NCBI GenBank assembly: GCA_963762145.1
Contig: CAVXJS010000013.1
Coordinates: 32,001-96,000, forward strand
Length of the DNA: 64,000 bases
Source of the DNA: an uncultured Candidatus Rokubacteria bacterium
GTDB lineage: Bacteria > Methylomirabilota > Methylomirabilia > Rokubacteriales > CSP1-6
Direction: 5' to 3'
The notes beneath the pieces are model-generated. The model saw only the letters and a list, made by a program, of their open reading frames with translations, had not been told where the DNA came from and searched no databases. Shown here in pieces: positions 59,772 through 64,000 of the stretch. The position numbers were made by a program, and so were the translations under genes. The number at the start of each line of letters is the position of its first letter. Position 1 is the stretch's first letter.

Positions 59772-61128
59772 ATGTCGACACTCGTCGGATCGTCCTTTCA
59801 CGGTTCAGCCGACGCCGCCATCCATTGCGGAGATGGATCGCCTCGGTGACCAGATCGCCGAGCTCTCCGCCCATCTCGAGGCGGCGACGGCCCGCTTGCT
59901 TGCGCTGGTCCGTGAGTTCGATGCGCGCGGAGGCTGGGCCAACGGCTTCCGCTCCTGCGCCGAATGGCTCGCCTGGCGGGTGAGACCTCGACCTGGGCGC
60001 AGCCCGTGAGCGAGTCCGGGTTGCGCGCGCCCTCGGAACGCTGCCCGCCCTGGCCGACGCCCTGGCACGCGGTGAGCTCTCTTATGCCAAAGTCCGTGCT
60101 CTGACCCGCATCGCGACCCCCGAGACCGAAGCCCGGCTGCTCGCCGTGGGGCGCGGCGGCACGGCGGCCCACGTGGAGAGCATCGTGCGGGGCTGGCGCC
60201 GCTTCGACGGGCAGGCCGAGGCCCGCGTGGCCACGTGCCAGCACGCAGGCCGGGCGCTGCACGTCCACCAGGAGGAGGATGGCACCGTGGTCCTCCGCGG
60301 GCGCCTGACGCCGGAGGTCGGAGCGCTACTCCTCCGGGCTCTTGACGCCGCTCGCGAGACGCTGTATCAGCGCCGCCGCCCGAGGCCGCTCAGCCGGCCA
60401 CTGACCCGGCAGCAGAGGCCCTGACCCGGCCGCAGCAGCAGGCCGACGCCCTGGCCCTGCTGGCGGAGACGGCGCTGCATCACGAGCTCGACCCGGGCGC
60501 GCCCGGGGAGCGGTACCAGGTGGTGGTGCACGTGGACGCCACGGTCCTGGCGGACCCGGCCACGCCAGGGCAATCGGTGCTGGAGGAGGGGACGCGCGTT
60601 TCCGCGGAAACGTCGCGGCGGCTGGCGTGTGACGCGAGCCGGGTAGTGATGCGGCACGATGCGGACGGGCGGGTGGTGGAGGTCGGGGCCCGAACACGCA
60701 CGATCCCGCCTGCCCTACGACGGGCGCTGCAGCAGCGGGACAAGACCTGCCGCTTCCCGGGCTGCAATGTCCGGATCGCTGAGGGGCATCACGTACGCCA
60801 TTGGGCCCACGCGGGTCCGACAAAACTATCGAATCTGGCGCTCCTCTGCCGCCGGCATCACCGGGCGGTGCAGGAGGAGGGTTACCAGCTCGAGCGACTA
60901 CCCGACGGGGCGCTCGAGTTCCGACGCCCGGATGGCCGGCCGCTGCCGGACGTGCCGCCGCCGGCGGCGGTGCCCGCGGATCCCGCCGGAGGGATCCGAG
61001 CGCAGAACGCTGCGCAGGGGCTCACGGTCCATGCGCGCACGGGGCTCGCGCAGTGGTATGGAGAGCGATTGGACGTGCGCTGGGCGCTCGATCTACTGCA
61101 CCCGCGGGCGGGCCGATCCGTTCGATGA
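59772..61128 (+). mobile_element. DUF222 (13E12-repeat-like) HNH endonuclease gene; about three frameshifts (~59795, ~59985, ~60400)
   Basis: MDRLGDQIAELSAHL..FDARGGW..GFRSCAEWLAWR; ARERVRVARALGTLP..GELSYAKVRAL; ACDA; RRALQQRDKTCRFPGC..GHHVRHW..GPTKLSNLALLCRRHHR. Codon usage is less GC3-biased than its neighbours. Mobility is inferred. Confidence 0.75.
60597..60612. other. Perfect 16-bp palindrome CGTTTCCGCGGAAACG (parS/NBS-like) inside the HNH gene
   Basis: Read directly; encodes part of RVSAET. Confidence 0.6.
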
Positions 61129-61216
61129 TGTCGCAGCACGGTCGACTGGGCCAAGCGCGGCGAGAGATTCCACCCGTTTCCTGTTGTCCTCCGTATATCT
61201 CCTGTGAGGGCATGAG

Positions 61217-61753
61217 ATGGACGTGGAGCGGGAGCTGATGGAGCGGGTGGCGAAGGGCGACCAGGGCGCGTTCGGCGACCTGGCCCAGCGCTACAGCGGC
61301 AAGCTGCTGGCGGTGGCCGGGCGGCTGCTCGGCTCCCGGGTAGACGCCGAGGACGCCGTCCAGCGCGCGTTCCTGCAGTGCTACGCGGGGGCGGCCGGCT
61401 ACAACCCGCGCTGGGCCGTCTCCACCTGGCTGTACCGCATCCTCACCAACGTGTGCGTGGACGAGCTGCGGCGCCGCGCCACCCGCACCGCCCACGACGA
61501 GCGCTCGGCCGCCGGGCCCCTCACGTCGAGCAACCACCGCCCGCCCGACGCCTATCTCGATCTGCACCGGGCGTTCGAGCGGGTGCCGCGCGAGGCGCGG
61601 GTGCTCCTGGCCCTCCGCTATGTGGACGGGCTCTCCTACGGAGAGCTGGCGCGGATCCGCGGCATCACGATCAATACCGTGAAGAGCCAGCTCGCGCGGG
61701 GCAAGGCCCTGCTGCGAGATGAGCTCGGCAAGCGAGGAGCAGGCCATGATTGA
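61217..61753 (+). CDS. ECF RNA polymerase sigma factor
   Basis: GDQGAFGDL, DAEDAVQ, STWLYRILTNVCVDELRRR (region 2), GLSYGELA..INTVKSQLARG (region 4). Confidence 0.92.
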   Translation: MDVERELMERVAKGDQGAFGDLAQRYSGKLLAVAGRLLGSRVDAEDAVQRAFLQCYAGAAGYNPRWAVSTWLYRILTNVCVDELRRRATRTAHDERSAAGPLTSSNHRPPDAYLDLHRAFERVPREARVLLALRYVDGLSYGELARIRGITINTVKSQLARGKALLRDELGKRGAGHD

Positions 61754-62474
61754 CGCCAAGGGACAGGGACAGGATCATCTCGACCGGCTGCTGGTGGACT
61801 ACTTCCGCCCGGAGACATCTCCGGCGGACATGGGGCGGCGGCTCGCGGCGGCGGCCCGCGAGTCCGAGACCGCGCTGACGCGGCTCGAAGGCCAGCTGGG
61901 TATCGAGGCGACGCCGCGAGGCATCTCGCTCGTCCGCACCGGCCCGGCCGGGAAGCCGGCCACCGCGGCCGCGCGGAAGCTGATCGACCAGGCGCGGGAG
62001 GAGATCCACGAGTACCTGCGGGGCCAGCGCGCCTTCTTCCGGGTGCCGGTGGATCTTCGCACGGTGCCGGACTTTCAGCGGAAAGTCCTGGAGGCGGCCC
62101 GGCGCATCCCGTTCGGCGAGGGGCGGCCCTACGCGTGGATCGCCGAGCGCATCGGCAATCCCCGCGCGGTGCGGGCGGTGGGCACCGCGCTCGGCCGCAA
62201 CCCGGTGCCGCTCATCCTGCCCTGCCACCGCGTGTGGCGGAGCGACGGCGGTCTCGGCGGCTACATCTTCGGCGCGGCGGTGAAGGACGGGCTCGCCGCG
62301 CTCGAGCGCACCACGCCGGTGCTGGAGGGCTGCACGAGCACCCGCATCGTGTGCCGCGTGGGCTGCATCCACGGCCGCCACATGCGTCCGGACAACCGCG
62401 TGGTGTTCGCCTCGGTGGACGACGCGCGCTCGGTGGGGTATCGGCCGTGCAAAGTATGCCGACCGGCGGCCTGA
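61746..62474 (+). CDS. ogt: Methylated-DNA--protein-cysteine methyltransferase (Ogt) fused to a C-terminal Ada Zn-binding domain
   Basis: FQRKVL..IPFG..Y..IA..GNPRAVRAVGTAL..NP..PCHRV, then CRVGC...GYRPCKVCRP. ATG after GAGGAG overlaps the sigma stop. Confidence 0.88.
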   Translation: MIDAKGQGQDHLDRLLVDYFRPETSPADMGRRLAAAARESETALTRLEGQLGIEATPRGISLVRTGPAGKPATAAARKLIDQAREEIHEYLRGQRAFFRVPVDLRTVPDFQRKVLEAARRIPFGEGRPYAWIAERIGNPRAVRAVGTALGRNPVPLILPCHRVWRSDGGLGGYIFGAAVKDGLAALERTTPVLEGCTSTRIVCRVGCIHGRHMRPDNRVVFASVDDARSVGYRPCKVCRPAA

Positions 62475-63190
62475 AGCCCGCTGCCTCCATCGCGGCGCGG
62501 CTCGAGCGGGTGGACTGGGCGAAGGTGGCCCGGGCCCTGGATGAGCGGGGCTGGGCCACCACGCCGCCGCTGCTCACCGCCGCCGAGTGCGCGGATCTCA
62601 TCCGCCTGTACGCGGACGAGCGGCGCTTCCGGAGCCAGGTGGACATGGCGCGCTTCCGCTTCGGGGAGGGGGAGTACAAGTACTTCGCGAACCCGCTTCC
62701 GCCCGTCGTGCGCGAGCTGCGCCGGCACGCCTATCCCTATCTGGCGCCGATCGCGACCGCGTGGGAGGCCACGCTCGGGAGCGATCGGCGCTATCCGCCC
62801 GAGCTGGACGGCTTCCTCGCGGTGTGCGCCGAGCACGGGCAGACCAAGCCCACGCCGCTGCTGCTGCGGTACGAGGCTGGCGGGTACAACTGTCTCCACC
62901 AGGATCTTTACGGCGACGTGGCCTTCCCGCTGCAGATGACGTGCTTGCTGAGCCGTCCGGGAGCTGACTTCAAGGGCGGAGAGTTCCTGCTGGTGGAGCA
63001 GCGGCCCCGCGCGCAGTCGACGGGGTCGGTCGTGCCGCTCGAGCGCGGTCAGATCGTGATCTTCGCCACGCGTCATCGCCCGGCGCGAGGCACGCGCGGG
63101 GCGTACCGCGTCACGCTGCGCCACGGCGTGAGTCGCATCGGCTCGGGCGAGCGCTACACCCTCGGGGTGATCTTCCACGACGCGAAGTAG
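62471..63190 (+). CDS. 2OG-Fe(II) oxygenase (DUF2086/Oxygenase-NA-like)
   Basis: FGEGEYKYF, GQTKPTPLLLRY, NCLHQDLYG (HxD), EQRPRAQS, RHGVS, RYTLGVIFHDA. Start is CTG 62471 or ATG 62456. Confidence 0.85.
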   Translation: MKPAASIAARLERVDWAKVARALDERGWATTPPLLTAAECADLIRLYADERRFRSQVDMARFRFGEGEYKYFANPLPPVVRELRRHAYPYLAPIATAWEATLGSDRRYPPELDGFLAVCAEHGQTKPTPLLLRYEAGGYNCLHQDLYGDVAFPLQMTCLLSRPGADFKGGEFLLVEQRPRAQSTGSVVPLERGQIVIFATRHRPARGTRGAYRVTLRHGVSRIGSGERYTLGVIFHDAK

Positions 63191-63280
63191 GCCCCCTCAC
63201 CCTGCCCTCTCCCCGGAGGGGAGAGGGAGGAGCCAGCGTAACCCTCGCCCCCGGAGGGGGAGAGGGCAGGGTGAGGGGGC
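63191..63280. repeat. Repeat family B, full copy between convergent genes
   Basis: gccccctcaccctgccctctcccc...ggggagagggcagggtgagggggc with two inner hairpins. Confidence 0.85.
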
Positions 63281-64000
63281 TAAATCCGGGGGCGGATGTC
63301 GGCGGCGAAGGACTCGTAGATGCCGATCATGTCGTCGAGGTCGCGATAGCGTGTCTCGAGGAGCATGGACTCGACGCCCAGATCCCGGAAGGCGGCGAGG
63401 TCGCCGATCACCTGCTCGCGCGAGCCCTGCAAGGGCTTGCGGTCGGCCCCGAGCGGAGCGTCGCGTAGAGACAGGCCGGCGCGCACGCTGATCGTCACCT
63501 GGTCGAACGGGCGATGCTGGCGCGCGCACTCCTCCCGTAGCCGCGCGATGTCGGCCTTGAGCGCGTCGGGGGTGATGAAGGCGGCGTGCCAGCCGTCGCC
63601 GAGCTCGACGACGCGGCGGAGGGCCAGTGGCGTATGGCCGCCGATCAGGATCGGGATGTCGCCACGGGTGGGCTTGGGGAAGACGCCGAGCCCGTCGAAG
63701 GAGAAGAACTCCCCATGATGCTCGGTCCGGGCGTCACGCCAGCAGGCGCGCATGACCGTGAGCGCCTCGTCGCTCCAGGCGCCGCGACGGTCGAAGTTAC
63801 CGCCCAGTAGCTCGATCTCCTCGCGCATCCAGCCCACACCCACTCCGAGCACCAGGCGGCCTCCGGAGAGATGGTCGAGGGTGGCGGCCATCTTGGCGGC
63901 CAGGACCGGGTTCCGGTGCGGGAGCACCAGGATGCTGGTGCCGAGCCGCACGCGCTCGGTGACGCCCGCCACCAGCGCCAGCGTGGTGAGCGGCTCGAGG
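63280..64000 (-). CDS. Luciferase-like monooxygenase (LLM, F420-dependent class-like); 5'-partial
   Basis: LEPLTTLALVAGVTERVRLGTSILVLPHRNP..ATLDHLSGGRLVLGVGVGW..PILIGG..GDGW. Confidence 0.85.
   Translation of the reverse strand, partial: LEPLTTLALVAGVTERVRLGTSILVLPHRNPVLAAKMAATLDHLSGGRLVLGVGVGWMREEIELLGGNFDRRGAWSDEALTVMRACWRDARTEHHGEFFSFDGLGVFPKPTRGDIPILIGGHTPLALRRVVELGDGWHAAFITPDALKADIARLREECARQHRPFDQVTISVRAGLSLRDAPLGADRKPLQGSREQVIGDLAAFRDLGVESMLLETRYRDLDDMIGIYESFAADIRPRI

Noticed and set aside
59772-61128. HNH protein as an IscB/Cas9-like RNA-guided nuclease or group II intron protein
   Set aside because: I see no PLMP or RuvC motifs and no reverse-transcriptase domain; the motifs fit DUF222-HNH.

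Overview
A very GC-rich bacterial chromosome segment with almost all genes on the + strand. The gene content and intergenic repeats suggest a soil Methylomirabilota/Rokubacteria-like organism (inference, not established). In order it holds: (1) the distal part of a Pel exopolysaccharide operon (pelD partial, pelE, pelF, pelG) running into an ABC permease/MFS/ATPase module; (2) rhodanese, crotonase, HAD hydrolase and apt; (3) a large acyl-CoA catabolic region with four acyl-CoA dehydrogenases, 3-hydroxyacyl-CoA dehydrogenase, EtfAB, a B12 mutase carrying isobutyryl-CoA-mutase signature residues, and ilvE; (4) four LIV-type ABC transporters, two with embedded acyl-CoA synthetases; (5) a 1710-aa six-GAF hybrid kinase coupled to trpD; (6) a Phd/zeta-like toxin-antitoxin pair, transaldolase and a DUF222-HNH element; (7) an ECF sigma / Ogt-AdaZn fusion / 2OG-Fe(II) oxygenase operon. 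Many genes carry single-base frameshifts, clustered in the first 9.2 kb, which look like long-read indel errors. I found no rRNA, tRNA or CRISPR array. The best candidates for new biology are an alkylation response apparently wired through an ECF sigma and a reversed-order Ada protein without an AraC HTH; a DUF222-HNH element with a ParB-like HTH and an internal parS-like palindrome; a tandem-repeat chain of coupled mini-ORFs; a probable pseudo-acyl-CoA synthetase; and several dispersed intergenic repeat families. All family assignments come from motifs read by eye; no database search was run.
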